Positions 30,969 to 41,382 of a stretch of 64,000 nt of DNA are shown here, piece after piece. Within the stretch, counting starts at the first letter, position 1. The number at the start of each line of letters is the position of its first letter. The stretch is from positions 486 to 64,485 of the forward strand of contig CAYPHX010000001.1 of NCBI GenBank assembly GCA_964410635.1, given 5' to 3'. Below the pieces are notes generated by a model. It saw only the letters and a list, made by a program, of their open reading frames with translations. It did not search any database and was not told where the DNA came from. Both the position numbers and the translations under genes were made by a program. The DNA comes from an uncultured Erysipelothrix sp. (GTDB lineage Bacteria; Bacillota_I; Bacilli_A; Erysipelotrichales; Erysipelotrichaceae).

Positions 30969-32780
30969 ATGTCACAAATACCAAAGGAACTAATCGATGA
31001 AATAAGAAGTAAATCTGACATTGTCGAAACTATATCTTCATATATACCTTTGAATAAAAAGGGTAAGAACTATATGGCCTTATGTCCTTTTCATGATGAC
31101 AGTAATCCTTCAATGTCAGTAAACCAAGAAAAACAAATATTTAAATGTTTTGTATGTGGTGCAGGCGGTAACGTCTTCACCTTCATACAGGATTATGAAA
31201 AAGTTCACTTTGTAGAAGCAGTAATTAAGCAAGCTAAGACTGTGAACATTGATATGGCTCAGTATGAAACAACAAGTATCAAGCCCGTTAATAAACGTAA
31301 AGAAACACTTGTATCACTTATGAATGAAGTCAGAAACTTTACCTCTTATCAACTAAAGACGAAAGAGGGGGCTGTTGCTCAGGATGTCTTACATAAACGC
31401 GGATACTCCGATGAAATACTCGCTCACTTTGGTGTGGGTGTTGCCTTATCAAACAACCAGATTTATGAATTTCTAAGCGCAAAAGGTTATCAAGAAGAAG
31501 AAATGCTTGCAGTTGATATCATCCGTATTGGATCCAACAAGATTCAAGATGTCTTCTATAACCGCCTGATGTTTCCAATATCCAATCAATATGGAGAAGT
31601 TGTAGCCTTTAGTGCAAGAACACTGGACCCCAATAGTACAGTAAAATATATTAATACAGGAGAAACTGAACTTTATACTAAAAGCCATCATCTATATAAC
31701 TTAGATAAGGTTAAAGAAAAGTTCAGACATGCTGATCGTATTATCATTACTGAAGGTGTTACGGATGTCTTTGCATTTAAAATGGCAGGCTTTGATGAAA
31801 CAGTCTCAACACTGGGTGTTAGCTTATCAAACGAACAACTGACACTGCTTAAACGCAATACAAAGTCGGTAGTGCTTGCTTTTGATGGTGATAAAGCAGG
31901 TTATGATGCAACATATGAAATTGGAAAGAAAATCAGCGAAGCTCAGATTCCAATTAAGATATGGTATAATGACTCGGGCTTAGATCCAGATGACTTATAT
32001 AAAAAAGAAGGTGCCAAAGCATTAAGCGATGGCTTAGAGGATGCTTTAGGCTGGTATGACTTCTTGCTTGTATACGCTACTGGATTATACGGCAATGACT
32101 CTTTTGATAATAAAAAGCGAATGATTAACTTCTTTCTACCACTTTTAGCATCAGAAGATGACTTAACCATCAGTTTCTACATCACAAAACTAGCGCAAAT
32201 GACGCAGTTTGATGAAGAGACATTGAAAACACAGTTAGAAAGTCATAAACAAACAGTAAGTACTCATAATTATCCAACATATGTCGAATATGAGGAACCA
32301 ACATATTTCCCTGATGAAGCATATAACGAAACATATAATTATGAAGAAACTGCACCCAAGATTGCCTTAACACAAAGCATATCTCGCGCAGAACTAGAAA
32401 TATTAAACCAAATGCTTTTATCAAAAGAGGCAAGCTTTATTTATCGTCGTGAGTTGGGCTATATGCCATCACCCTTAGCACAAGAAGCGTCTCTTTTAAT
32501 TCAAAACTTTTACCGAACACACGATATCTTAAATATTGCGGATCTACTATCAGATGATATATCTGAGCAGATGCAATCATTCTTACTAGAAATACAAGAT
32601 AGGTTGGTAACAGATAAATATGAAAAAGCGATTATGTATGAGAATATTGAGTTTCTTAAAGACCGTGTTAATTTAAACGACTCACAGCTCACTGTAACCA
32701 AGATTAAACAAGCCCAAAACTTAGATGAGAAAACAAAGTTGTTGGATGAATTATTTAAAAAGAAAAGTACCAGGAGGTAG
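30969..32780 (+). CDS. dnaG: DNA primase
   Basis: CPFHDD...CFVC zinc finger, KYINT, EGVTD, AFDGDKAG, DPDD. Confidence 0.98.
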   Translation: MSQIPKELIDEIRSKSDIVETISSYIPLNKKGKNYMALCPFHDDSNPSMSVNQEKQIFKCFVCGAGGNVFTFIQDYEKVHFVEAVIKQAKTVNIDMAQYETTSIKPVNKRKETLVSLMNEVRNFTSYQLKTKEGAVAQDVLHKRGYSDEILAHFGVGVALSNNQIYEFLSAKGYQEEEMLAVDIIRIGSNKIQDVFYNRLMFPISNQYGEVVAFSARTLDPNSTVKYINTGETELYTKSHHLYNLDKVKEKFRHADRIIITEGVTDVFAFKMAGFDETVSTLGVSLSNEQLTLLKRNTKSVVLAFDGDKAGYDATYEIGKKISEAQIPIKIWYNDSGLDPDDLYKKEGAKALSDGLEDALGWYDFLLVYATGLYGNDSFDNKKRMINFFLPLLASEDDLTISFYITKLAQMTQFDEETLKTQLESHKQTVSTHNYPTYVEYEEPTYFPDEAYNETYNYEETAPKIALTQSISRAELEILNQMLLSKEASFIYRRELGYMPSPLAQEASLLIQNFYRTHDILNIADLLSDDISEQMQSFLLEIQDRLVTDKYEKAIMYENIEFLKDRVNLNDSQLTVTKIKQAQNLDEKTKLLDELFKKKSTRR

Positions 32781-32786
32781 TTTATT

Positions 32787-34118
32787 ATGAAACAAGTTAA
32801 AACTTTAGATTCAGTTAAATTAACTTTAATTAAAACTTATGAAGAAGAGGGTGTCTTGCTGAACAGCGAGGTTGAAAGACAAACACAACACTTGAAATTA
32901 ACAGATGAAGAAACTGACGAACTCTTTACATGGTTTGGAGAAAACGACATTACTTTAACAGATGAAACTGATGAAGATGAGTTTGATGAAAACGAAGAAT
33001 TCTTAGGTGATGATGAAGAGGATACAGATGGACCTTTTGATGAGTCCTTAAATACTGTTGACTTAAGATCATATGACAATGAATTAACAACACAAAACGA
33101 GATCCGTATCTCAGATCCAGTAAAAATGTATCTGAAAGAGATTGGTCGTACAAACCTATTAACCGCAACAGATGAGCTAGAAATTGCCCGACGTGCACAC
33201 GAAGGTGAACTGGCTAAAACAATGTTACGTGAAATCTACAAAGACAGAATCGATGAAGAAATTACAGATGAAGACTTAGCAAAGATTGAAATGGATGATC
33301 TAGCAAGAACACTGGTTGCTAATTATAAAAATGATGAAGCAAACCTTGCATACGTCGAAAACATCTTAAATGCATACCAAGATGGTCAAGAAGCAAGAGA
33401 TTTATTAATTTCTGCTAACTTACGTCTTGTAGTATCGATTGCGCGTAAATACTTAGGTCGTGGAATGTTATTCTTAGACTTAATTCAAGAAGGTAATATG
33501 GGACTAATTCGTGCAGTTGAGAAGTTTGACTACTCACTGAAATATAAATTCTCTACTTATGCGACATGGTGGATTAGACAAGCGATTACGCGTGCTATTG
33601 CTGACCAAGCAAGAACAATCCGTATTCCAGTGCATATGGTTGAAACAATCAATAAATTAACACGTATTCAAAGACAACTTGTTCAAGAATTAGGTCGTGA
33701 ACCTGAAGCAGAAGAAATTGCAGCTAAAATGGAAAACATGACACCTGAGCGTGTTCGTGAAATCCAAAAGATTGCACTTGACCCTGTATCATTAGAAACA
33801 CCGATTGGTGAAGAAAACGACTCACATCTGGGTGACTTTATTGAAGATAAAGATGCCTTATCACCAAGTGATTTCGCTAATAACCAATTATTAAAAGATG
33901 AGATTGATATGGTACTTCAAGGACTAACTGAACGTGAAGAGAAAGTCCTAAGATTACGTTTTGGTCTAGAAGATGGCCGAACACGTACATTAGAAGAAGT
34001 TGGTAAAGAGTTTAATGTTACTCGCGAAAGAATTCGTCAAATCGAAGCCAAGGCATTACGTAAATTAAAACACCCAACACGTTCAAAACGCTTACGTGAC
34101 TTCATGGAATCAAACTAA
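32787..34118 (+). CDS. rpoD: Primary sigma factor SigA/RpoD
   Basis: [45 protein letters not shown]. Confidence 0.99.
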   Translation: MKQVKTLDSVKLTLIKTYEEEGVLLNSEVERQTQHLKLTDEETDELFTWFGENDITLTDETDEDEFDENEEFLGDDEEDTDGPFDESLNTVDLRSYDNELTTQNEIRISDPVKMYLKEIGRTNLLTATDELEIARRAHEGELAKTMLREIYKDRIDEEITDEDLAKIEMDDLARTLVANYKNDEANLAYVENILNAYQDGQEARDLLISANLRLVVSIARKYLGRGMLFLDLIQEGNMGLIRAVEKFDYSLKYKFSTYATWWIRQAITRAIADQARTIRIPVHMVETINKLTRIQRQLVQELGREPEAEEIAAKMENMTPERVREIQKIALDPVSLETPIGEENDSHLGDFIEDKDALSPSDFANNQLLKDEIDMVLQGLTEREEKVLRLRFGLEDGRTRTLEEVGKEFNVTRERIRQIEAKALRKLKHPTRSKRLRDFMESN

Positions 34119-34771
34119 TGATTCTGTCTCGAAGACTACAAGCAATTCTTGATTTAGTAGAAGACAGTGATGTTCTAGTTGATATCGGAACAGATCATGC
34201 GCTTTTATTAATCAAAGCAATTATAGATAATAAAACTAAGAAAGCTTACGGACTTGATATCGCATCAGGTCCCTTACGCTTTGCTAATGAAAATATTGAA
34301 AAACATGGTTTAACTGATAAAATCAAAACGATGAAATTAGATGGTCTTAAAGGTTTTAATGAAGATGCTGATACATTTGTCATTGCCGGATTGGGATATG
34401 AAACAATTATGGGTATTCTCATGAACTATGAGTTTACAGATACACAAAATATTATTGTTCAATCTAACTCAAAGAACTTCGAATTCAGACAAGATCTTAT
34501 AACCAATGGTTTTACAATCGTAGATGAGCTGTTTTTCTATGAAAACAAGAAATCAGTTACGATTATGAAACTAAAAAAACAAGATTCACAGTTAAGTATG
34601 GCTGAGTTATACTTGGGTCCGATCTTAAAAGACACAAAGAACCAAGATTATATCACCTACCTATCACATGAATATGACAAGATGAAAGAGGTTATAAAAT
34701 ATAACCCAAGCTTTTTAGAACGATATGAAATATTAGAAAATTATTTAAAAGAGAAAGGAGTTATATCATGA
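34118..34771 (+). CDS. trmK: tRNA m1A22 methyltransferase
   Basis: LSRRLQ, DIGTDHA, IAGLG; follows sigA. Confidence 0.93.
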   Translation: MILSRRLQAILDLVEDSDVLVDIGTDHALLLIKAIIDNKTKKAYGLDIASGPLRFANENIEKHGLTDKIKTMKLDGLKGFNEDADTFVIAGLGYETIMGILMNYEFTDTQNIIVQSNSKNFEFRQDLITNGFTIVDELFFYENKKSVTIMKLKKQDSQLSMAELYLGPILKDTKNQDYITYLSHEYDKMKEVIKYNPSFLERYEILENYLKEKGVIS

Positions 34772-36096
34772 AGCAAATTACTCAAGATCTTATGAAAGTA
34801 AATCACTTTAAAGAATTAACTCAAGTACAGGAAGATGTACTCAAAGTAATCAATCGTAAAGAGGATTTGATAGTTCTTGCGCCAACAGGGTCAGGAAAAA
34901 CACACTCCTTTTTATTCTCAATTTTAGAAACAATAAATCCAGCTGAAGCAACAACTCAAGCAATTATTTTAGCACCAACACGTGAACTTGCGATGCAAAT
35001 CTATGACTTTAGTCATCGTATACAAGAAGTGGATGCACGCTTTAAGATTGAACTGGCTATTGGTGGTATGGATAACAAACGTCTTCAGTCAAAACTGGAA
35101 TCACAACCACACTTACTTGTCACAACACCTGGTAAGTTTTTAGATGTACTCTCATGGTCAGTAGTCCGCTTAGACACTGTAAAAATGATTGTTATTGATG
35201 AGATGGACATGATGTTTGACTATGGTTTTGTTGAAGATATTGATGCTATCGCATCACGCTTTCAAAATGAAACACGATTCATGTTATTTAGTGCTACATT
35301 ACCAAAAGGTCTTAACCAATTTATTAAAAAATATCTTACAAGACCCATTCAAATTGAGGCAAAAGAAACACGTTTCCAACCCAATATTGCACACTATTTA
35401 ATTCAAAGAAAACACTTATCACTTGAAGAAGGGGTATTAGAAGTATTATCTGCCATTAACCCTTCATTGGTCATTGTCTTTTCAAATACAAAAGATCAAG
35501 TATCATCCATTGCCCGTTATTTACGCGAGTATGGAATTGACAGTGTTGAAATTCATGGTGATGTAAGTGATAGACAAAGAACACAAATTGTAAAACGCAT
35601 TCGAACAGGGCAAGTACAATATATTATTGCTACTGACTTAGCAGCACGTGGTATTGACTTACCAGAGATTTCGCATGTTGTTAATGCGAATATACCAACA
35701 CATGATCTTTCATTCTATACCCATAGAGCGGGAAGAACTGGACGTACAGGACGTGATGGAATATGTATATCACTTGTTGATGAAAGTGATCAAAATGCTA
35801 TCTCTAGATTGATCCAAAACAATATTGAATTTAAGTTTAAGAGAATTATTAATGGCCAAATCAATGATGCAAGACCTTTCTTCAGTTTTGAAAGACGTAC
35901 GCGCAAATTAGATCAAGAAGTTGTTAATAAATTAAAACGTAAAAAGGTAAAAGTTAAACCCGGTTACAAAAAGAAACATAAAGCACAAATTGAAAAATTA
36001 ATGCAAAAGAAAAAACGTGAAGTTATTAAACAAGATATTCGACGTCAGAAAAAAGAACGAAATAAAGACCGTCAAGAAAGATTGAAAGTAGATTAA
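34768..36096 (+). CDS. cshB: DEAD-box RNA helicase (CshB-like)
   Basis: PTGSGKT, PTRELA, DEMD, SAT, ARGID, HRAGRTGR, KVKPGYKKK tail. Confidence 0.9.
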   Translation: MKQITQDLMKVNHFKELTQVQEDVLKVINRKEDLIVLAPTGSGKTHSFLFSILETINPAEATTQAIILAPTRELAMQIYDFSHRIQEVDARFKIELAIGGMDNKRLQSKLESQPHLLVTTPGKFLDVLSWSVVRLDTVKMIVIDEMDMMFDYGFVEDIDAIASRFQNETRFMLFSATLPKGLNQFIKKYLTRPIQIEAKETRFQPNIAHYLIQRKHLSLEEGVLEVLSAINPSLVIVFSNTKDQVSSIARYLREYGIDSVEIHGDVSDRQRTQIVKRIRTGQVQYIIATDLAARGIDLPEISHVVNANIPTHDLSFYTHRAGRTGRTGRDGICISLVDESDQNAISRLIQNNIEFKFKRIINGQINDARPFFSFERRTRKLDQEVVNKLKRKKVKVKPGYKKKHKAQIEKLMQKKKREVIKQDIRRQKKERNKDRQERLKVD

Positions 36097-36099
36097 ACT

Positions 36100-38106
36100 A
36101 TGAACTTATTTAAAAAGGACAGGTACAAGGGAAGCAGTAACCATCTTCAAACAAGCATTGATATGATGAAATCAATGAATCGTCGTTTGATGTTTTTGAT
36201 GCTTTCTATTGCAATTGTGGCTGGTTCTTTAATTGGTAGGCTCTATTATATTCAAATATTGAATGCTGATTACTACCAAAGTTTGGTTACATCTAAAGAG
36301 ACAGTTCCAAGAGTACAAGGGACAGCACGTGGCGAGATATTTGATGCTAATGGCGAGTTAATTGTTACAAACAAACCTATTAATACAATTAACTTCTATA
36401 CAAACTATGGTCTATCAATGGATGCACAATGGGAATTAGCAATGAAGTTTGCTAAACAATATGAAGTTGATTTTAAACTTATGGATCGTGAACTTAAAGA
36501 TTTATGGTTGTTTTTAAATGATAATGGTAATGATCTCATAAGTAATGAAGAACTAAAGAAAATTGACTACGATAGTAAGGAAGCTGACCGCATTAAGTTG
36601 AGTCGTGTTACTGATGAACATCTTGCAACTTTGAGTGATGAAGAAAAAGAAGCATTTAAAATATACTTAAAGATGAACACACAAACACAACGTAATGCAG
36701 CTGTAATACTTGAAAATGCCAGCGATGAAGATATATCATTTTTATCGGAACATCAAGCTGATTTCCCTGGATTTAGTTGGGGAACTACATGGAAAAGAGA
36801 CTATGTTGGACCATCAGGACTGGAAAGTCTTATTGGTACCATTCAAGATATACCCGCTGAAAAGTTAAGTTATATGCGTGCTAAAGGCTATGCTACTAAT
36901 GATAAAATAGGGACCAGTGGTTTAGAGTATGCTTATGAAGAGTATCTCTCTGGAGTTAAATCTGAGTTTAAGATTGATCCTACTACAGGTGAAAGTATTC
37001 CAATTGTTAAGGGTGAAAAAGGTCATGACCTTATTTTAACGATTGATTTAAAATTACAAAAACAAGTTGAAGCTGTAATTGAAGAGCAATGGAATTCAAT
37101 TAAAAACCAAGCAAACCGTGAATATATGCATGGTATTGATTATGTCCTATCCGATCCTCAAACAGGAAACATACTTGCGATAGTTGGACTGCGCCAAGAT
37201 GCAGATGGGAACACCTATAATGATCCTTCTGCAGTCATGCTAGAGGCCTTTACTGTAGGTTCTGTAGTTAAAGGTGCAACAGTCTATGCTGGTCTTCAAG
37301 AGGGTGCTATTAAGCCAGGCGAGGTAATATTCGATGCGCCAATGTATATTGCAGGGACTCCGTCAAGAAGATCTTGGAGAAATCTTGGAAACATGACCGA
37401 TGTTACTGCTTTACAACGTTCTTCAAATATTTATATGTTCAACATTGCTATCAGAATGGGTGGCGGTAAGTATATTCCAAATGGCCCATTAAACTTTTCT
37501 AAACCAATTGATCAAAACTTTGCACAACTTAGAAACTATTTTGGTCAGTTTGGCTTGGGTGTAGAAACTATGGCTGACTACCCACGTGAAGAGTTAGGCT
37601 ATAAAGGTGAAACTCAAAATGGTGGTCTTCTGTTAGAATTTGCGATTGGACAGTATGATAACTATAATGCGATGCAGTTAAACCAATATGTTTCAACTGT
37701 TGCAAACAATGGTTATCGACTCAAACCCAACTTTGTTAAAGAAGTAAGGAACAGTATTGATAATACAGTAATATTTAAAAACAGTCCGGAAATAATAAAT
37801 GAGTTGACAGGAAAGCAGAGTCTTGCTAGAGTACAAGAAGGCTTTAGAATGTGTGCCTTCATGGGAGATTGTGGTCCTTACCGCACGAAACCTTATACTT
37901 CTGCAGGTAAAACTGGAACCGCAGAATATAGTTCCTATGGAGTTACAATGATTAATAACTCGTTTATCTTTTATGCTCCGTTTGAGAATCCGGAAATCGC
38001 ATCAAGCTGCATTCATAGTGCTGCTTACTACTATCCACGCGACTATGAAAACATCTGTAAAATTATCAACCCTAAAGTTGCAGATATATATATGAATTCT
38101 AGATAA
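36100..38106 (+). CDS. Class B penicillin-binding protein (PbpA/PBP2-like)
   Basis: N-terminal TM, RGEIFD, SVVK, SSN and KTG motifs intact. Confidence 0.95.
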   Translation: MNLFKKDRYKGSSNHLQTSIDMMKSMNRRLMFLMLSIAIVAGSLIGRLYYIQILNADYYQSLVTSKETVPRVQGTARGEIFDANGELIVTNKPINTINFYTNYGLSMDAQWELAMKFAKQYEVDFKLMDRELKDLWLFLNDNGNDLISNEELKKIDYDSKEADRIKLSRVTDEHLATLSDEEKEAFKIYLKMNTQTQRNAAVILENASDEDISFLSEHQADFPGFSWGTTWKRDYVGPSGLESLIGTIQDIPAEKLSYMRAKGYATNDKIGTSGLEYAYEEYLSGVKSEFKIDPTTGESIPIVKGEKGHDLILTIDLKLQKQVEAVIEEQWNSIKNQANREYMHGIDYVLSDPQTGNILAIVGLRQDADGNTYNDPSAVMLEAFTVGSVVKGATVYAGLQEGAIKPGEVIFDAPMYIAGTPSRRSWRNLGNMTDVTALQRSSNIYMFNIAIRMGGGKYIPNGPLNFSKPIDQNFAQLRNYFGQFGLGVETMADYPREELGYKGETQNGGLLLEFAIGQYDNYNAMQLNQYVSTVANNGYRLKPNFVKEVRNSIDNTVIFKNSPEIINELTGKQSLARVQEGFRMCAFMGDCGPYRTKPYTSAGKTGTAEYSSYGVTMINNSFIFYAPFENPEIASSCIHSAAYYYPRDYENICKIINPKVADIYMNSR

Positions 38107-38147
38107 ATTATGTTATAATTAAAACGCTTAAAGTTTGGAGGTTTATT

Positions 38148-38297
38148 ATGAGACATCAAGTAACACTAAAATGTACAAGTTGCAACGAAGAAAACTATAT
38201 CACTACACGTAATAGAAGTCTTCATCCTGATCGTATGGAAGTTACAAAATACTGCCCACGCGAACGCAAACATGTATTACACAAAGAAAAACGATAA
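38148..38297 (+). CDS. rpmG: 50S ribosomal protein L33 (absent from ORF track)
   Basis: Translated by hand: MRHQVTLKCTSCNEENYITTRNRSLHPDRMEVTKYCPRERKHVLHKEKR; GGAGG SD. Confidence 0.97.
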   Translation: MRHQVTLKCTSCNEENYITTRNRSLHPDRMEVTKYCPRERKHVLHKEKR

Positions 38298-38302
38298 GAA
38301 TC

Positions 38303-38329
38303 ATACACCCCAGTTGGTGTATTTTCTTT
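38303..38329 (+). terminator. Intrinsic terminator after rpmG
   Basis: ATACACC/GGTGTAT plus T-rich tail. Confidence 0.6.
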
Positions 38330-38344
38330 ATCCTGAGGTAAATA

Positions 38345-38971
38345 ATGAATATTAAAAAGATAGAAAGTGGTTATGCTGCATCGAATACTTATTTCATTTC
38401 AAAAGGAAATAAAATGATTGTAATAGATCCATGCTTAAACCCAAATAACAATGCGCTTGCACTATATGATGCAATTGAAGGCTATGATGTAGAAGCTATA
38501 TTGATTACCCATGCCCATTTTGATCATATCAGTGGTATTGATGCAATAGCTCAAAAGGTACACTGCCCAGTATATGTTCATCATAAAGAAGCAGAATGGC
38601 TCAAAGATGCCAATCTAAACCTTTCAACGATGATTCCAGAACGTGTATCAATTCAAACAGAACCCATATCAATAGACTTAGGTCGATTAGATTTACCTTC
38701 GTTCAGTTTTGATGTCGTGCTTACTGCAGGACATACGGCATACTCTGTATCATATTTAATTGATGAATATTGCTTTAGTGGCGATTTTATTTTCAAAGGC
38801 TCAGTTGGACGAATGGATTTACCAACTGGCTCTCAGACAACCATGTTAGAAAGCATTAAAGAGTTTTATAATCTATATAAAGATAAAAACCTTACCTTAT
38901 TTCCAGGACATGGGCCCCAAACAACACTTCAAGATGAAGTGCATACAAATCCATTTTTCAAATATATATAA
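38345..38971 (+). CDS. MBL-fold metallo-hydrolase (YqgX/glyoxalase II-like)
   Basis: THAHFDH, GHT, GDFIF, PGHG. Confidence 0.93.
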   Translation: MNIKKIESGYAASNTYFISKGNKMIVIDPCLNPNNNALALYDAIEGYDVEAILITHAHFDHISGIDAIAQKVHCPVYVHHKEAEWLKDANLNLSTMIPERVSIQTEPISIDLGRLDLPSFSFDVVLTAGHTAYSVSYLIDEYCFSGDFIFKGSVGRMDLPTGSQTTMLESIKEFYNLYKDKNLTLFPGHGPQTTLQDEVHTNPFFKYI

Positions 38972-38976
38972 CAATG

Positions 38977-39009
38977 AACCTTATTACATGATGTAATGAG
39001 GTTTTTTTT
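38977..39009 (+). terminator. Intrinsic terminator insulating comG
   Basis: AACCTTATTACA/TGTAATGAGGTT plus T run. Confidence 0.85.
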
Positions 39010-39010
39010 A

Positions 39011-39038
39011 AGGATTTATAAACTTTAAGAACTACTTT
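39011..39038 (+). promoter_or_regulatory. Candidate alternative-sigma (SigH/ComX-like) promoter of comG
   Basis: AGGA-N18-TACTTT, repeated with the same spacing at 48902-48929. Confidence 0.4.
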
Positions 39039-39043
39039 ATAAT

Positions 39044-39898
39044 ATGGAACGACTCGAAATGAATTTTGATAATCTTATGATGGAAATCGTAACAGATAAG
39101 ATAACGGATATACATATTGATCCCATAAAAAGAACGATTATATTTAGAAGGCATAAAAGAAAAGTAAAAACACTCAATACAAATGTTAAAGAGCTATATG
39201 AGTATCTTAAGTTCAAATCAAATATTTCACTTGAGAGCTTCTCAAATCTACAAACTGGCAGTTTTACTTATACAGTCTTCGATAAACGTTATTATTTACG
39301 ATTTGCGATATTAGAGAACTATGCCCGAAGTCATGGTGTTTTAAGAGTACTTAATATTAAACCCATCGATAATTTAAGTCAGTGTGGTATAGATAAACAA
39401 CAAGTACATATGATTCAATCAATTCTAAATAAAAGCCATGGTTTAGTCTTGTTCTGTGGTAAAACAGGGGCAGGGAAATCAACCACAATGTTTGCGGGAT
39501 TGAATGAAATTAAAGATAAGGAAATCTTTACATTAGAAAATCCAATAGAGAAGTATTTTGAACATATGATTCAACTTGAATGTACTGATGAGTCCCTTCA
39601 TTTACACATATCACAGCTTTTAAGGCATGACCCTGACATCTTAGTGATAGGGGAGATTAGAAACTCAATAGAACTACAACAAGCGATACGTGCGGCTTTA
39701 AGTGGGCATCTGATTGTAAGTACATTGCATGCAGGTGATGCCAGTGAAGTTATTTTAAGATTAAGAGATTTACAAATCTCAGAGTTTGAACTGGAAGCAG
39801 TATTAGAAGGTATTATTTTTCAAAGTATTGTAGGGCTAGATGACTTTAAATTTGAAGTATACGATAGGACAAGATTATGTCATATATTAAAAAAATAA
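39044..39898 (+). CDS. comGA: Competence pilus ATPase ComGA (short)
   Basis: TDIHIDP, GKTGAGKST, LRHDPDILVIGEIR, GHLIVSTLHA. Confidence 0.92.
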   Translation: MERLEMNFDNLMMEIVTDKITDIHIDPIKRTIIFRRHKRKVKTLNTNVKELYEYLKFKSNISLESFSNLQTGSFTYTVFDKRYYLRFAILENYARSHGVLRVLNIKPIDNLSQCGIDKQQVHMIQSILNKSHGLVLFCGKTGAGKSTTMFAGLNEIKDKEIFTLENPIEKYFEHMIQLECTDESLHLHISQLLRHDPDILVIGEIRNSIELQQAIRAALSGHLIVSTLHAGDASEVILRLRDLQISEFELEAVLEGIIFQSIVGLDDFKFEVYDRTRLCHILKK

Positions 39899-40824
39899 AA
39901 ACGAAAGTAAACAAAGCAAAGTATAAGGTATATGCACCAGTAGTTTTAAGCATCTTAAATAAGAATTTTAATTATGATGATGTTAAAGAATTTCTTAATC
40001 TACCCTATGCTAATGTATCATCCTTTATCGCTTCATTAACAAAGATTAACTTTGAGTCTCTGAGTCAAAAAGATCAACTCGCATTTTATATTGGGTTTTC
40101 AAAGTTTGAAAAGCAGTTAAAGCAAGATCTCTTAAAGAAAATGATGTATCCAATCTTTCTTTGTATTCTATCTTTTGTGATGACACTTTACTTCTCAAAT
40201 AGCTTTGCGCCAAGTATTATTGATCTGCTTCATGGCTTTGAAGTAAATACACAAATATTGTCTTTTCTACATCTATTAATTAATATCGTAAAATGTCTGA
40301 TGTTGATAGTACTTTTATTCATAGCTTTACTCCTTTTAGTCTTATTGCAAAAAGACTTTAGCTATGTTTTATATATTCGTTTTCATCATTATCGTTTTAT
40401 GTCTTTAATCAAAAATTTAATGACATTAAGATTTTCCTTTGTATACCTCTTTTTACTCCAAAGAGAGCTCAACACACAAAGAATACTGAATGAAATTAAA
40501 AATAGTATCGGAATAGCTGATGTTAAGTGGCTCGCGTTTCATATAGAAAAAGAGATGCTAAAAGGTCAAAGCTTACTGGATGCTTTCAACCAGGCCTATT
40601 TTGAACCGCTTTTTCTCGTCCACATTCAACAAGGTTATTTCACAAAAAATCTCACAGAGTCTATCAAATCATATATTGAACTGATGACACAAATCATACA
40701 AGCACAAGCGCAAAGTATGATACTACTCTTCAAAACCTTAACCTACATTTATATTTTAATACTCGTTAGCATTTACTATTATTTTTTATTTCAACCCTTA
40801 TCAATCATGGAGGCGATATTATGA
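39877..40824 (+). CDS. comGB: Pilus platform protein ComGB (T2SS F family)
   Basis: KMMYPIFL, three TM segments, position after comGA. Confidence 0.8.
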   Translation: MSYIKKIKTKVNKAKYKVYAPVVLSILNKNFNYDDVKEFLNLPYANVSSFIASLTKINFESLSQKDQLAFYIGFSKFEKQLKQDLLKKMMYPIFLCILSFVMTLYFSNSFAPSIIDLLHGFEVNTQILSFLHLLINIVKCLMLIVLLFIALLLLVLLQKDFSYVLYIRFHHYRFMSLIKNLMTLRFSFVYLFLLQRELNTQRILNEIKNSIGIADVKWLAFHIEKEMLKGQSLLDAFNQAYFEPLFLVHIQQGYFTKNLTESIKSYIELMTQIIQAQAQSMILLFKTLTYIYILILVSIYYYFLFQPLSIMEAIL

Positions 40825-41114
40825 AACGATATGGATTCACACTGTTAGAGATGGTCATTGTTATGGGCGCAATTGTGGTCTTGTTTTTACTGACGATGCC
40901 AAACATTACAAACACGATGAATGTTATTGATGATAAAGGTTGTGATGCACAAATTAAGGTAGTCGATGCAGCCATCTTACAGTATCGACTTAAAAATGAT
41001 CGTTTACCTACATCGATTCAAGATTTAGTGAATCAAAAGTTTCTAAGTCAAAAGCAGACTAAATGTAATAATAACAAACCAATTAAAATAAGTAATGGAC
41101 AAGCACATGAATAA
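40821..41114 (+). CDS. comGC: Major competence pilin ComGC
   Basis: GFTLLEMVIV...MPN prepilin motif, KGCDAQIK, second Cys. Confidence 0.92.
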   Translation: MKRYGFTLLEMVIVMGAIVVLFLLTMPNITNTMNVIDDKGCDAQIKVVDAAILQYRLKNDRLPTSIQDLVNQKFLSQKQTKCNNNKPIKISNGQAHE

Positions 41115-41382
41115 AGGTTTCACACTCATAGAATTGTTAATAGTCTTGATGATTTCAAGTTTAATTGCATTAGTTTTCTCTGTGCGTTTATTTAATTATG
41201 AACTGACATATATCCACCCTGAATCGTGTCAACTTCAAGCTATGGCGAATAAGACGCAGTGTACTTATAATGATTCCATCTATTTTAATAAGAATGGTAA
41301 TATTAACCAAGCCCAAACTGTCAAGATTGATGGAACACGCTGTGTTTTTCAATTGGGGATGGGACGTTATCGCTGTGAATAA
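41107..41382 (+). CDS. comGD: Minor pilin ComGD-like
   Basis: MNKGFTLIELL prepilin motif, YFNKNGNI, FQLGMGRY. Confidence 0.8.
   Translation: MNKGFTLIELLIVLMISSLIALVFSVRLFNYELTYIHPESCQLQAMANKTQCTYNDSIYFNKNGNINQAQTVKIDGTRCVFQLGMGRYRCE

Noticed and set aside
38108-38119. TTATGTTATAAT resembling a XerD arm (also near 43485)
   Set aside because: There is no partner arm; the position fits an extended -10 promoter.
38148-38297. L33 with only three Cys as a zinc-free paralogue
   Set aside because: CxxC...CPR(D/E) is the ordinary pattern for the rpmG at this locus in Bacilli.
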